Origin: Bacteroidales bacterium
GTDB taxonomy: Bacteria > Bacteroidota > Bacteroidia > Bacteroidales > UBA1402
Direction of reading: 5' to 3'
Assembly (NCBI GenBank): GCA_017958305.1
Contig: JAGDCW010000053.1
Location: forward strand, 1-53,349
Length of the DNA stretch: 53,349 nt
This document shows, in pieces, positions 25,486 through 35,173 of this stretch (its first letter is position 1; the number at the start of each line of letters is the position of its first letter). The position numbers were made by a program, and so were the translations under genes. The notes under the pieces were generated by a model that saw nothing but the letters and a program-made list of their open reading frames with translations, did not search any database and was not told the origin of the DNA.

Positions 25486-26393
25486 GCGGCAAGGCAAGAT
25501 CGATCCGTCTGGCGGTCGTACTGGCCGCCGCCGTTTTGCTGGCGCTGGTCCCGCTGCGGGGCAAGGGCCGCTGGTGGCATCGTTCCTCCCTGATGGACAC
25601 AGACAGCGTCACGCTGGTCATCCTGCACACCAACGACACGCACAGCCGCCTGGATCCCTTGCCTGCCAACAGCAGCAGCCATGCCGGGCAGGGCGGGGTG
25701 TTGCGGCGCGAGGTCTTGATCCGTGAACAGCGGCGCCGGGCCGAAAAAGAAGGTGCCGCGGTGCTACTGCTCGATGCCGGTGATTTTTGTCAGGGCACTC
25801 CCTATTATAATTTCTTCGACGGTCAGGTCGAGGTGGATATGATGAACCGCCTGGGCTATCAGGCCGCCACCTTGGGCAACCATGAATTCGACAAGGGCAC
25901 GGAAATTCTGGCTAAAACCCTGAAGAATGCCCGTTTCAAGATAGTTTGCAGCAATTACGACCTGTCGGCCTCGGTTTTGAAGGACATCGTCGTCCCCTGG
26001 ACGGTGCTTGAGGCCGGCCCGCTGCGCATCGGGGTGGTGGCCGCCTGTCCGAACCTGGAGAGTCTGGTCACGGCCTCCCATCGCCTGGGCGTGGTCTATC
26101 GGCCGCCTGTGGAGATCGTTTCCTCGCTGGCCTCCATGCTCAAGGCGGAGCAGGCTTGCGACCTGGTGGTCTGCCTGTCCCATCTGGGCTATGACCGGCC
26201 GGGCGTCGGAGAGTTGGACCTGGCCCGTCAATCGTCCGGGGTGGATGTCATCATCGGCGGCCACAGCCATACTTTCCTGCGTGAACCGGTCGTCTGTCAA
26301 AACAAACTGGGCGAAGATGTGATCTTGAGCCAGATGGGTTGCGATGGAGTCTATGTGGGCCGTATTGTATTGAATGTTAAGAAGAAAAGATGA
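25482..26393 (+). CDS. Metallophosphoesterase (5'-nucleotidase/UshA N-terminal catalytic domain)
   Basis: ILHTNDTHSRL, LLLDAGDFCQGT and GNHEFD metallophosphatase motifs, plus GGHSHT. Its ATG overlaps the upstream stop (ATGA at 25482-25485). Confidence 0.85.
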   Translation: MSGKARSIRLAVVLAAAVLLALVPLRGKGRWWHRSSLMDTDSVTLVILHTNDTHSRLDPLPANSSSHAGQGGVLRREVLIREQRRRAEKEGAAVLLLDAGDFCQGTPYYNFFDGQVEVDMMNRLGYQAATLGNHEFDKGTEILAKTLKNARFKIVCSNYDLSASVLKDIVVPWTVLEAGPLRIGVVAACPNLESLVTASHRLGVVYRPPVEIVSSLASMLKAEQACDLVVCLSHLGYDRPGVGELDLARQSSGVDVIIGGHSHTFLREPVVCQNKLGEDVILSQMGCDGVYVGRIVLNVKKKR

Positions 26394-29380
26394 TAAGGAA
26401 ATACCATATCACATTACTGTCGGCCTTGCTCGGCGTGGTGACCGCCCACGCGGTCACTCCGACGCTGTGGCAGCGGGGTGCCGGCGACGAAGCTTGTCGC
26501 CAATGGGTGGATTCCGTGATGAATACTTTGGACCGGCAGGCCCGGGTGGCCCAATTGTTCATGCCGGTGGTGTCGTCCCAAGGCGACCAGGGCTGGCCTG
26601 AAAAAATCGACACCTGGGTCGGGGAGCAGGGGATAGGCGGCCTGTTTTTCAGCCAAGGCACGATAGCGCGTCAGGCGCAGGCTCTCAACCGTGCCCAGGC
26701 GGCTGCCCGCGTGCCGCTGCTTGTCGGGGCCGATGCCGAATGGGGCCTGGCCATGCGCCTTGCGGATGCCCCGCGTTTTCCGCGCAACACCATGCTGGCT
26801 GCCATCGCCGACACCGCCTTGCTCTATGAATACGGGCTGGAAATGGCCCGACAGTGCCGGGCCATGGGCATCCAGGTCAATTTCGCCCCCGACGCCGATG
26901 TCAACAACAATCCGTCCAATCCGGTCATCAATACGCGCTCTTTCGGCTCCTCCCCCCGTCGCACCGCCACGCTGGCCTCCCAGTTTGCCCGCGGTTTGGA
27001 AGCGGGTGGGGTGATGGCTGTGGTGAAGCATTTTCCCGGCCATGGCAACACGATGGAAGACTCCCACGAGCAGCTGGCCCGCATCCGTGGCGACCGTCGC
27101 AGCATGGACAGCGTCGAACTATATCCTTTCCGCCGGCTGGTCGCGGAGGGTGTATCGGGCGTGATGGTGGGCCATCTTTCCGTGCCGGCCTATGAAAGTA
27201 ATGCGCAACTGCCTTCGTCGCAGTCGGCGGCCATCGTCGATGGTCTGCTGCACAGGACACTGGGTTTTGAGGGGCTCACCTTTACCGACGCCCTGGTGAT
27301 GAAAGGCGCCGCCGCCAGCTACAGCGGACTCAACTGCATCCGGGCCCTGCAGGCCGGCAACGACATCCTCCTGAGTCCTGCCAACCTGGTCAACGACATC
27401 AGGGCCGTGGTCTCGGCCGTGGACAAGGGACTCATCAGCGACAGCCTGATCGATGCCAAGTGCCGCAAGGTGCTCACATACAAGTACATCCTTGGATTGT
27501 CAAAAAGGGAGCCTGTCGAGATGGAAGGTCTCGGCACTCGGCTGCACAGCCCCCGGACCCTGGCCCTCGACGCCGAGTTGCACATCCAGGCCATGACCCT
27601 GCTGCGCAACGACAGGGATTTCCTGCCGCTGCGCCACCTGGAATCACAGCGCACGGCCGTGGTCGTCCTGGGCGACACGCTCGACAATCCTTTCATACAG
27701 ACTTTGAAACTCTACCAGGAAAACCTGGACAGCTATGCCTTTGCCGCGAACACGGCACCCTCCCGGCAGCAACTGGCCGCACTGTTGGCCAAATACGACC
27801 GTCTCATCGTGGGGGTGTATGCCAACACGGCCCGCCAGGCCGAATGGCTCAATGCCTTGTCCGAGGTGGCCCCCGTGTGTATTTGCACGTTTACCTCGCC
27901 CTATACCTTGTCGCGTCACGGCAAAATCCTGCAGTCCGCTCCCGCCGTGCTTTGCGCCTACGAAACTTCCGCGCTGGCCCAGCAGGCGGCCGCCCAGGCT
28001 GTTTTTGGCGGCAATGCCGTGCGTGGGACACTGCCTGTGCCGATCGGGGAACTGTATCCCTACGGTCATGGCCTGCAAACGGAAAAGACCCGTTTGTCGT
28101 ACGGCCTACCCGAGGAGGCGGGGATGCGCTCCGAGGTGATGGCCCGCATCGACAGCATTGTGGAGGACGCCCTCTCGAGGGATGCTTTCCCGGGTTGCCA
28201 GGTCTTGGTGGCCAAAAACGGCAAGGTGGTCTGGAACAAGGCCTACGGCTATGTCGATGTGGACCGCTGCGTGAAGGTGGCTCCCTGGCATGTCTATGAC
28301 CTGGCCTCGGTGACCAAGGCGCTGGTCTGCACCCCGGCGGTGATGGGCCTGGTGGAGCGGGGCATGATCTCGCTCGACAATCCCGTTTCGATGCATCTGC
28401 CGGCCTTGCAGGAAACCGACAAACGCAATCTTTCCTATCGCCAGATGCTCTACCACGAGGCCCGTCTGTCGCCTTTCGTACCCTTCTACCAGCATCTGGT
28501 CGATATGACCAGCATCCCGGGCGGCTTGTTCCTGACCACCCGGCCCGATTCGGTGCATACGGCCCGTTTCGACGAGTCCACCTGGGCTCCGGGGCATTTC
28601 AGCTACGACGGACAACTGGTGTCGGCCCGCTCGGGCGATCCCTACAATCTGAAGGTGGCCGACCGTTTCTATGTGCACCGCTCTTTCCGCGACTCGGTCA
28701 TCGACATCATTTGCCAGTCGGCCTTGCTCAAGCGCACGCGCTACGCCTACAGCGACCTGGGTTTCATCCTAATGGGCTTTGCTGCCGAGTCGCTCTACGG
28801 ACAGACCCTCGACCAGTGGGCCGAGAAGGAGTTGTTCGCCCCTCTGGGGGCATGGACCACCACCTATCTGCCGCTTCGGAAATTCAAGCCCGAAAGGATA
28901 GTCCCCACGGCTTTGGACACCACTTTGCGCCATCAGCTCATTCTGGGCTATCCACACGACGAGGCGGCCGCTTTCCTGGGCGGTGTCTCGGGTAATGCCG
29001 GCTTGTTTTCCAACGCCAACGACCTGGCCAAGTTTCTGCAGATGATGCTCGACGAGGGTACTTACGGCCGTCACCGCTATTTCGAGCCTTCGACCGTGCG
29101 TTTCTTCACCTCCACGCGCAGCCGCCTGAGCCGCCGCATGCTGGGCTACGATGCCAACGAGCCCAATCCGGCCAAGGTTCAGCCCGTCTCGCCGCGCGCC
29201 TCCTTGCAGACCTATGGCCACACCGGTTTCACGGGGACCTGTTTCTGGGTCGATCCCGAATCGCAGCTCATCTACATCTTCCTGAGCAACCGGGTTCATC
29301 CCGACCGCACCAACACACTGCTGGGACGGCTCGACATCCGGCCCAAGATCCAGGATGTGATCTATCAGTCGTTTCAATGA
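26390..29380 (+). CDS. GH3 (NagZ-like beta-N-acetylhexosaminidase) fused to a serine hydrolase / beta-lactamase-family domain
   Basis: GH3 motifs KHFPGHGNTMEDSH and GLTFTDALVM. Beta-lactamase-fold motifs LASVTKAL (SxxK), YAYSD and YGHTGFTG. Signal peptide present. Its ATG overlaps the upstream stop (ATGA at 26390-26393). Confidence 0.9.
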   Translation: MIRKYHITLLSALLGVVTAHAVTPTLWQRGAGDEACRQWVDSVMNTLDRQARVAQLFMPVVSSQGDQGWPEKIDTWVGEQGIGGLFFSQGTIARQAQALNRAQAAARVPLLVGADAEWGLAMRLADAPRFPRNTMLAAIADTALLYEYGLEMARQCRAMGIQVNFAPDADVNNNPSNPVINTRSFGSSPRRTATLASQFARGLEAGGVMAVVKHFPGHGNTMEDSHEQLARIRGDRRSMDSVELYPFRRLVAEGVSGVMVGHLSVPAYESNAQLPSSQSAAIVDGLLHRTLGFEGLTFTDALVMKGAAASYSGLNCIRALQAGNDILLSPANLVNDIRAVVSAVDKGLISDSLIDAKCRKVLTYKYILGLSKREPVEMEGLGTRLHSPRTLALDAELHIQAMTLLRNDRDFLPLRHLESQRTAVVVLGDTLDNPFIQTLKLYQENLDSYAFAANTAPSRQQLAALLAKYDRLIVGVYANTARQAEWLNALSEVAPVCICTFTSPYTLSRHGKILQSAPAVLCAYETSALAQQAAAQAVFGGNAVRGTLPVPIGELYPYGHGLQTEKTRLSYGLPEEAGMRSEVMARIDSIVEDALSRDAFPGCQVLVAKNGKVVWNKAYGYVDVDRCVKVAPWHVYDLASVTKALVCTPAVMGLVERGMISLDNPVSMHLPALQETDKRNLSYRQMLYHEARLSPFVPFYQHLVDMTSIPGGLFLTTRPDSVHTARFDESTWAPGHFSYDGQLVSARSGDPYNLKVADRFYVHRSFRDSVIDIICQSALLKRTRYAYSDLGFILMGFAAESLYGQTLDQWAEKELFAPLGAWTTTYLPLRKFKPERIVPTALDTTLRHQLILGYPHDEAAAFLGGVSGNAGLFSNANDLAKFLQMMLDEGTYGRHRYFEPSTVRFFTSTRSRLSRRMLGYDANEPNPAKVQPVSPRASLQTYGHTGFTGTCFWVDPESQLIYIFLSNRVHPDRTNTLLGRLDIRPKIQDVIYQSFQ

Positions 29381-29397
29381 ACGCCTGCCATTTTAAA

Positions 29398-29429
29398 TTT
29401 GGTAATGGCTTGCTTTTACTGTATATTTG
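29398..29429 (+). promoter_or_regulatory. Bacteroidota promoter: -33-like TTTG (29398-29401) plus -7 box TATATTTG (29422-29429) for the sugar operon
   Basis: Exact TAnnTTTG, 25 nt upstream of the ATG at 29454, with a TTTG 20 nt further upstream. That spacing is typical for the -33/-7 pair. Confidence 0.55.
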
Positions 29430-29453
29430 TTCGCTTAATCAAAATCATCCCCT

Positions 29454-30305
29454 ATGATCCATCAGATAAATCCTGAACTTGTCAAGGATCTGCGCCTGAA
29501 GGCCGAACAGATCCGCAAAAGAGAAATAGAAATCATCTACAGCGCCCGTGCCGGTCATACCGGCGGCTCGCTTTCGGCCACCAATGTGCTGACAGTGCTG
29601 TATTTCAACGAGATGAAAACCAATCCCGCCCGTCCGGACGATCCCGACCGCGACCGCTTCATCATGAGCAAGGGCCACAGCGTCGAGGCGCTCTACTGCG
29701 TGCTGGCCAAGGCCGGCTACATCAGTGACGAACTGCTCGACACCTACGGGCAGTGCGGCAGCAAGCTGGCCGGCCATCCGACCCGCAAAGTGCCCGGCGT
29801 CGAGATGAACACGGGTGCCTTGGGCCATGGACTGCCTGCCGGTGTGGGCATGGCCATCGCCGCCAAGATGGACGGCAAGTCCTACCGCACCTTCGTGCTG
29901 ATGGGCGACGGGGAACAGGGCGAAGGATCCATCTACGAAGCCGCCATGGCAGCCTCCCATTACCACCTCGACAACCTGGTGGCCATCATCGACCGCAATC
30001 ATCTGCAGATCAGCGGCAACACCGAGGATGTGATGTCGCTCGAGCCCATGCGCAGCCGCTGGGAGGCTTTCGGTTGGGACGTCCACGAAGCCGACGGTGA
30101 CGACATTGTCTCGCTGATGGGGGCTTTTGCCGACCTCAAACAGGTCAGCGGCAAGCCTCATCTGATCATTTCCCACACCACCAAGGGCAAAGGCGTCTCC
30201 TACATGGAGAACGTGGCCAAGTGGCATCACGGCGTCCCCACCGACGAAGAGTACGCCCAGGCCATCGCCGAGATTTCCGCCCGTATCGAATCACTGCAAA
30301 AATAG
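29454..30305 (+). CDS. Transketolase, N-terminal (TPP-binding) subunit
   Basis: AGHTGGSLS, KGHSVEALY, GALGHGLPAGVG and GDGEQGEGSIYEA motifs. Its 283-aa size matches the split-type subunit. Confidence 0.93.
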   Translation: MIHQINPELVKDLRLKAEQIRKREIEIIYSARAGHTGGSLSATNVLTVLYFNEMKTNPARPDDPDRDRFIMSKGHSVEALYCVLAKAGYISDELLDTYGQCGSKLAGHPTRKVPGVEMNTGALGHGLPAGVGMAIAAKMDGKSYRTFVLMGDGEQGEGSIYEAAMAASHYHLDNLVAIIDRNHLQISGNTEDVMSLEPMRSRWEAFGWDVHEADGDDIVSLMGAFADLKQVSGKPHLIISHTTKGKGVSYMENVAKWHHGVPTDEEYAQAIAEISARIESLQK

Positions 30306-30311
30306 AGCACT

Positions 30312-31247
30312 ATGAGCAATACCATTCCCTGTCGTAAAATGATCACGGACTCCCTGCTGGAGTTCGGCCTTCAGAACAAGAATATCGTCGCTGTCACCAC
30401 CGATGCCCGAGGCTCGGTCACCTTGGGCGACTTTGCCAAGCAACTGCCCGGCCAGTTTGTCGAACTGGGCATTGCCGAGCAGAACGCCGTCGGTGTGGCT
30501 GCCGGCCTGGCATCCACGGGCAAGAACGTCTTTGTCTGCGGACCTGCCTGTTTCTACGTGGCCCGTTCCCTGGAACAAGTCAAAGTGGATGTGGCCTATT
30601 CCAATATGCCCGTGCGTATCCTGGGTGTGAGCGGCGGCGTGAGCTACGGAGCCCTGGGTGCCACCCACCACAGCCTGCACGACATCGCCGTGCTTCGTTG
30701 TTTCCCGGGTATGAACGTGGTGCTTCCCTGCGACATCTACGAGAGCCGTCGTCTGGTCGAATCACTGCTCGACTATCCGCATCCGGTCTATATCCGTGTG
30801 GGTCGCAATGCCGTGCCCAATGTCTATGAAAATACCGACATCCCCTTTGAAATCGGCAAGGCCATCACCGTGTGCGAGGGCAAGGACCTGACCTTGATCG
30901 GCTGCGGCGAGACCGTCTGGCATTGCCAGCAGGCTGCCCTGGCCCTGAAAGAGGAGGGTATCAGTGTCCGTGTGCTGGATATGCACACGCTCAAGCCTTT
31001 CGACGAGGAGGCTGTCAAGAAGGCTGCCGCCGAGACAGGTCGCATCATGACAGTCGAGGAGCACAGCATCTTCGGCGGACTGGGTGCCGCCGTGGCCCAG
31101 GTCGTGGTCGGGAACCAGCCCGTGCCCATGAAGATCCTGGGCATTCCCGACGAGAATGCCATCACCGGCTCCTCCAAGGAAATCTTCCATCATTACGGCA
31201 TCGACGCCGAAGGCATAGCCGCTGCGGTCCGTGCCTGGCTGAAATAA
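30312..31247 (+). CDS. Transketolase, C-terminal (pyrimidine-binding) subunit
   Basis: FVELGIAEQNAVGVAAGLA, GATHHSLHDIA and TVEEHSIFGGLG motifs. It lies 6 nt after the N-terminal subunit gene. Confidence 0.93.
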   Translation: MSNTIPCRKMITDSLLEFGLQNKNIVAVTTDARGSVTLGDFAKQLPGQFVELGIAEQNAVGVAAGLASTGKNVFVCGPACFYVARSLEQVKVDVAYSNMPVRILGVSGGVSYGALGATHHSLHDIAVLRCFPGMNVVLPCDIYESRRLVESLLDYPHPVYIRVGRNAVPNVYENTDIPFEIGKAITVCEGKDLTLIGCGETVWHCQQAALALKEEGISVRVLDMHTLKPFDEEAVKKAAAETGRIMTVEEHSIFGGLGAAVAQVVVGNQPVPMKILGIPDENAITGSSKEIFHHYGIDAEGIAAAVRAWLK

Positions 31248-31256
31248 TTGCATCCT

Positions 31257-32753
31257 ATGTTTACACTAGCCATCGACCAGAGCACCTCGGCCACCAAGCT
31301 GATGCTTTTTGACGAGCACGAACAGTTGTGCCATCGCGTCACGCTGGAGCATGCGCAATATTATCCCCAGCCCGGCTGGGTGGAGCATGATGCCGAGGAG
31401 ATTATGCAGAACATCTTCCAAGGGGCGGCCCAGTTGCTCCGTGAGAGCGGCGTGTCGGAAAAGGAGGTCCAATCGGTGGCCCTGACCAACCAGCGTGAGA
31501 CGGTGGTGGTCTGGGAAGCTGCCACCGGCCGGCCGGTTTGCCATGCCGTGGTGTGGCAGTGCCAGCGCGGTGCCAAGATTTGTGCCTCCCTGCGCGAAAA
31601 AGGATATACCGGAATGGTCCAGTCCAAGACGGGCCTGCTCATCGATCCCTATTTCTCGGCCAGCGGTGTCAAGTGGATACTGGACAATGTGCCCGGGGCC
31701 CGCGAAAAGGCCGAGGCCGGCCAGTTGCGCATGGGTACGATGGATGCCTGGATGATCTGGCATCTGACCGATGGACGGGTGCATGCCTGCGACCGTACCA
31801 ACGCGTCGCGCACCATGCTCTACAACATCCATACGCTCGACTGGGACGATGAGTTGCTCTCATTGCTGGGCATTCCCCGCAGCATGATGCCCGAGGTGCA
31901 TCTTTGCGACGAAGTCTATGGCACGACCACTTTCAAGGGACTGTTCAGCCATGAACTGCCCATCGCCGGTGTGCTGGGCGATTCGCACGGTGCCCTGGTG
32001 GGGCAGATGTGCTTCTCGCAAGGCCTGGGCAAAGCCACCTACGGCACGGGTTCTTCGGTGATGGTCAATATCGGCGAGCAACCCCGTCAGGCTCCGCAAG
32101 GACTGGTCACGTCGGTGGGTTTCGCCGCCCAAGGCAAGACGTGGTATGCCTTCGAGGGCAACATCCATTGCACAGGTGCCACCATCAAGTGGATGGTCGA
32201 TGATTTGGCGCTGATCGGCTCTTCGGCCGAGAGCGAGGCCTTGGCCACCTCGGTGCCCGACAGCGGCGGCGTGTTCTTTGTCCCGGCTTTTGCCGGTTTG
32301 GGCGCCCCCTGGTGGCAGAGCGAGGCCCGTGCCATCATTTGCGGCATGAGCCGCGGCACCCAGAAGGCCCATGTGGTGCGCGCCGCCCTGGAAGCCATCG
32401 CCTATCAGGTCAAGGACCTGGTCGATTTGATGACCCGTCAGGCCGGCATCTCCCTGAAGGAACTCCGTGTCGATGGCGGTCCGGCCAAGAACCGCTTCCT
32501 GATGCAGTTCCAAGCCGATATGCTGAACGCCCTGGTCAACGTGAGCCCGATTGCCGAGGCTTCGGCCCTGGGCGCTGTACTGATGAACTCGTTGGCCATG
32601 AAGCGGCGCTCCAGCCTGGAGGAAATCGCCGCCTTGCGTCATTCGTCCGAAATCATCGCCCCCGCAATGGCAGAAGCTGAGCGGGAAAAACTCTATGCCT
32701 GCTGGATCAAGGCTGTCAAGGGCTGCATCGCCCTGAGTCAGTCCATGGCTTGA
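31257..32753 (+). CDS. FGGY-family carbohydrate kinase, glycerol-kinase-like
   Basis: LAIDQSTSATK, GWVEHDAEEI, TNQRETVVVW, VVWQCQRG, DPYFSASGVKWILDNV and TNASRTMLYNI resemble GlpK. The sugar-pocket segment reads GDSHGALVGQ, whereas as I recall it the E. coli GlpK equivalent is GDQQAALFGQ. Start chosen at MFTLAID. Confidence 0.9.
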   Translation: MFTLAIDQSTSATKLMLFDEHEQLCHRVTLEHAQYYPQPGWVEHDAEEIMQNIFQGAAQLLRESGVSEKEVQSVALTNQRETVVVWEAATGRPVCHAVVWQCQRGAKICASLREKGYTGMVQSKTGLLIDPYFSASGVKWILDNVPGAREKAEAGQLRMGTMDAWMIWHLTDGRVHACDRTNASRTMLYNIHTLDWDDELLSLLGIPRSMMPEVHLCDEVYGTTTFKGLFSHELPIAGVLGDSHGALVGQMCFSQGLGKATYGTGSSVMVNIGEQPRQAPQGLVTSVGFAAQGKTWYAFEGNIHCTGATIKWMVDDLALIGSSAESEALATSVPDSGGVFFVPAFAGLGAPWWQSEARAIICGMSRGTQKAHVVRAALEAIAYQVKDLVDLMTRQAGISLKELRVDGGPAKNRFLMQFQADMLNALVNVSPIAEASALGAVLMNSLAMKRRSSLEEIAALRHSSEIIAPAMAEAEREKLYACWIKAVKGCIALSQSMA

Positions 32754-32785
32754 CAATCATTGAAACAAACATAACATCTTACACT

Positions 32786-34201
32786 ATGGCTTACAAAAAG
32801 AATCTCACTTTCGGTATCATCATCGGTACCCGTAATTATTTCAACTCGGCCCTGGCCATCGATGTCCGCGCCTCCCTGTTGAAACTGCTCAAGGCCGCCG
32901 GTCACGACTATGTCATCCTCGACGAGAACGAGACGCCCACCCAGGGCAGTATCGAGACCCGTGAAGACGGTATGAAATGTGCCCGCCTGTTCCGCGAAAA
33001 CCGCGATCGCATCGACGGCATCATCATCTGCCTGCCCAACTTCGGCTTCGAAATCGGCATCATCAACGCCCTGGATCTCTCCGAACTGCACGTGCCCATC
33101 CTGGTACAGGCTTGCGACGACGAGAACGACAAGGTCGATCTGGACAGTCGCCGCGATGCCTTCTGCGGCAAGATCTCGGTTTGCAACAACCTCTATCAGT
33201 ACAACATTCCCTTCACGCTGACCACCTTGCACACCTGCGACATCGATTCCAAGGAGTTCGCCGCCGACCTGGACTATTTTGCCGGTGTCTGCCGCGTTGT
33301 CAGAGGTTTGCAGCATGCCCGCATCGGTGCCATCGGCACCCGTCCCATGGGCTTCCAGACCTGCCGTGCCAGCGAGAAGATCCTGCAGGCCAGCGGTATC
33401 ACCGTCGTGCCGGTCGATCTGTCGGAAATCCTGTCCGCAGCCGCCAAAGTGAGCGACACCGAGGCCAAGGCCAAGATGGACGCCATCCGTTCCTATGCCC
33501 GCGTGCCTGCCCAGTATGAGGAGAAGATGATGATCCAGGCCAAATTCGGCGTGGCCGTCGAACATTGGATCGCTGCCAACGAGGTGGATGCCACGGCCAT
33601 CCAGTGCTGGGACTCCCTCGAAGAGAACTATGGCTGCGCTCCCTGTATCACCATGAGCATGCTCAGCGACCAGCTCATCCCCAGCGCTTGCGAAACGGAT
33701 ATCGCCGGCGCCGTCTCGATGTATGTCCTGAGCCTGGCTTCGGGTCAGCCCGCTGCCTTGCTCGACTGGAACAACAATTTCGCCAAGGAACGCAACAAAT
33801 GTGTCTGCACCCATTGCGGCAACTTCCCCAAAGGCTTTGCCAACGCTCCCATGGAGCTGGGCACGCTGGGTGTGCTGGGCCGCCAGCTGGGTTCGATCAA
33901 CACCTTCGGCGCAGTCAAGGCCAAGGTCACGAGCGGCGACTTCTCGTTCTTCCGCATCTCGACCGACGACAACTACGGTTGCATCAAGGCCTACCTGGGC
34001 GAGGGCGAAATCACCAACGAGCCTTACGGTATGGACGGTTGCATCGCTGTGACCAAGGTCAATAACCTGCAGCAGCTCATGCGACACATCTGCAAGAACG
34101 GTTACGAACATCATGTGGCCATGTGCCGCACCCATGTGGCCGACATCATCGAAGAGGCCATCGACACCTACCTCGACTGGGATCTCTACCGTCACGAATA
34201 A
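32786..34201 (+). CDS. L-fucose isomerase-family (COG2407-like) sugar isomerase, substrate unknown
   Basis: Start at MAYKKNLTFGIIIGTRNYF. The Rossmann-like N-terminal region ending in IIICLPNFGFE and the C-terminal region with CETDI..., HCGNFP and HHVAM patterns resemble fucose/arabinose-isomerase-like proteins. This assignment is by eye only. Confidence 0.7.
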   Translation: MAYKKNLTFGIIIGTRNYFNSALAIDVRASLLKLLKAAGHDYVILDENETPTQGSIETREDGMKCARLFRENRDRIDGIIICLPNFGFEIGIINALDLSELHVPILVQACDDENDKVDLDSRRDAFCGKISVCNNLYQYNIPFTLTTLHTCDIDSKEFAADLDYFAGVCRVVRGLQHARIGAIGTRPMGFQTCRASEKILQASGITVVPVDLSEILSAAAKVSDTEAKAKMDAIRSYARVPAQYEEKMMIQAKFGVAVEHWIAANEVDATAIQCWDSLEENYGCAPCITMSMLSDQLIPSACETDIAGAVSMYVLSLASGQPAALLDWNNNFAKERNKCVCTHCGNFPKGFANAPMELGTLGVLGRQLGSINTFGAVKAKVTSGDFSFFRISTDDNYGCIKAYLGEGEITNEPYGMDGCIAVTKVNNLQQLMRHICKNGYEHHVAMCRTHVADIIEEAIDTYLDWDLYRHE

Positions 34202-34210
34202 CAGAAGACA

Positions 34211-35170
34211 ATGAAACGGCAGCTGATCAGGTTTGCCGGTCTGCTATTGGGATTGTCGCTCCTGGTGGGCGGCAATTCCTGTCATGACCGGCAGCAGAAG
34301 AGTCGCGGCAAAGTGGCTGTGATCATTTCGACACTGAACAACCCCTGGTTCGTGGTTCTGGGCGAGACGGCCTCCGACCGTGCCCGCGAACTGGGCTACG
34401 AGGCCCATCTGTTCGACTCTCAGAACAATCCCTTCAAGGAGACGGAACATTTCGACAATGTGCTGGCCTCGGGCTACAAGGCCATCCTGTTCAATCCCAC
34501 CGATGCCAGCGGTTCGGTGGTCAATGTGCTGCAGGCCAAAAGAGCCGGAGTCCCCGTCTTCTGCATGGACCGCGAGATAGACGACATCGACGCCTGCACC
34601 TCGCAGATCCTTTCGGACAACTATTCCGGTTGCATCGAACTGGGCAAGTACTTCGTCAGTCAGATGAAGGGGCGGGGCAACTATGTGGAGATACTCGGTC
34701 TGGTGGGCGACAACAACACCTGGAACCGCTCCAAAGGCTTCCATGCGGTGGTCGATTGCTATCCCGACCTCAAGATGCTCTCCCAGCAGTCGGCCGACTT
34801 CGACCAGAACAAGGCGATGGAGGTGATGGAGTCCATGATGCAGGCCCACGCCGACATCCAGGCCGTCTTCTGCGGAAACGACGCGATGGCTATGGGCGCC
34901 TACCAAGCCGTGCTGGCTGCCGGAAAAGCAGGTAAGATCAAGATATTCGGCTTCGACGGAGCCGCCGACGTCATCAACGGGATCCGCGACGGAAAAATCG
35001 ATGCCACCGGCATGCAGTTTCCCCGGGTGATGGCCCGCACTGCGGCCGAGATGGCCGACAAGTACATACGTGGCGAGCACCACCTTCCCAAGAAGATACC
35101 CGTTGCCGTCGAGCTGGTGACCCGCGACAACATCGCCCGCTACGAGGCCTTTGGCAAAGAAGGAGAATAG
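34211..35170 (+). CDS. Sugar ABC transporter substrate-binding lipoprotein (ribose-binding-protein-like, CUT2)
   Basis: Lipobox LLVGGNSC. It has a type-I periplasmic binding fold: VAVIISTLNNPWFVVLGE, ILFNPTDASG, VPVFCMDREI and FCGNDAMAMGA. Confidence 0.85.
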   Translation: MKRQLIRFAGLLLGLSLLVGGNSCHDRQQKSRGKVAVIISTLNNPWFVVLGETASDRARELGYEAHLFDSQNNPFKETEHFDNVLASGYKAILFNPTDASGSVVNVLQAKRAGVPVFCMDREIDDIDACTSQILSDNYSGCIELGKYFVSQMKGRGNYVEILGLVGDNNTWNRSKGFHAVVDCYPDLKMLSQQSADFDQNKAMEVMESMMQAHADIQAVFCGNDAMAMGAYQAVLAAGKAGKIKIFGFDGAADVINGIRDGKIDATGMQFPRVMARTAAEMADKYIRGEHHLPKKIPVAVELVTRDNIARYEAFGKEGE

Positions 35171-35173
35171 CCT

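Noticed and set aside
29386-29418. A weak hairpin (GCCATT with AATGGC, 11-nt loop) followed by TTGCTTTT, after the GH3/beta-lactamase gene.
   Set aside because: The stem is only 6 bp and AT-rich, the T-tract is interrupted, and the hairpin overlaps the -33 region of the next promoter. It is too weak to call a terminator.
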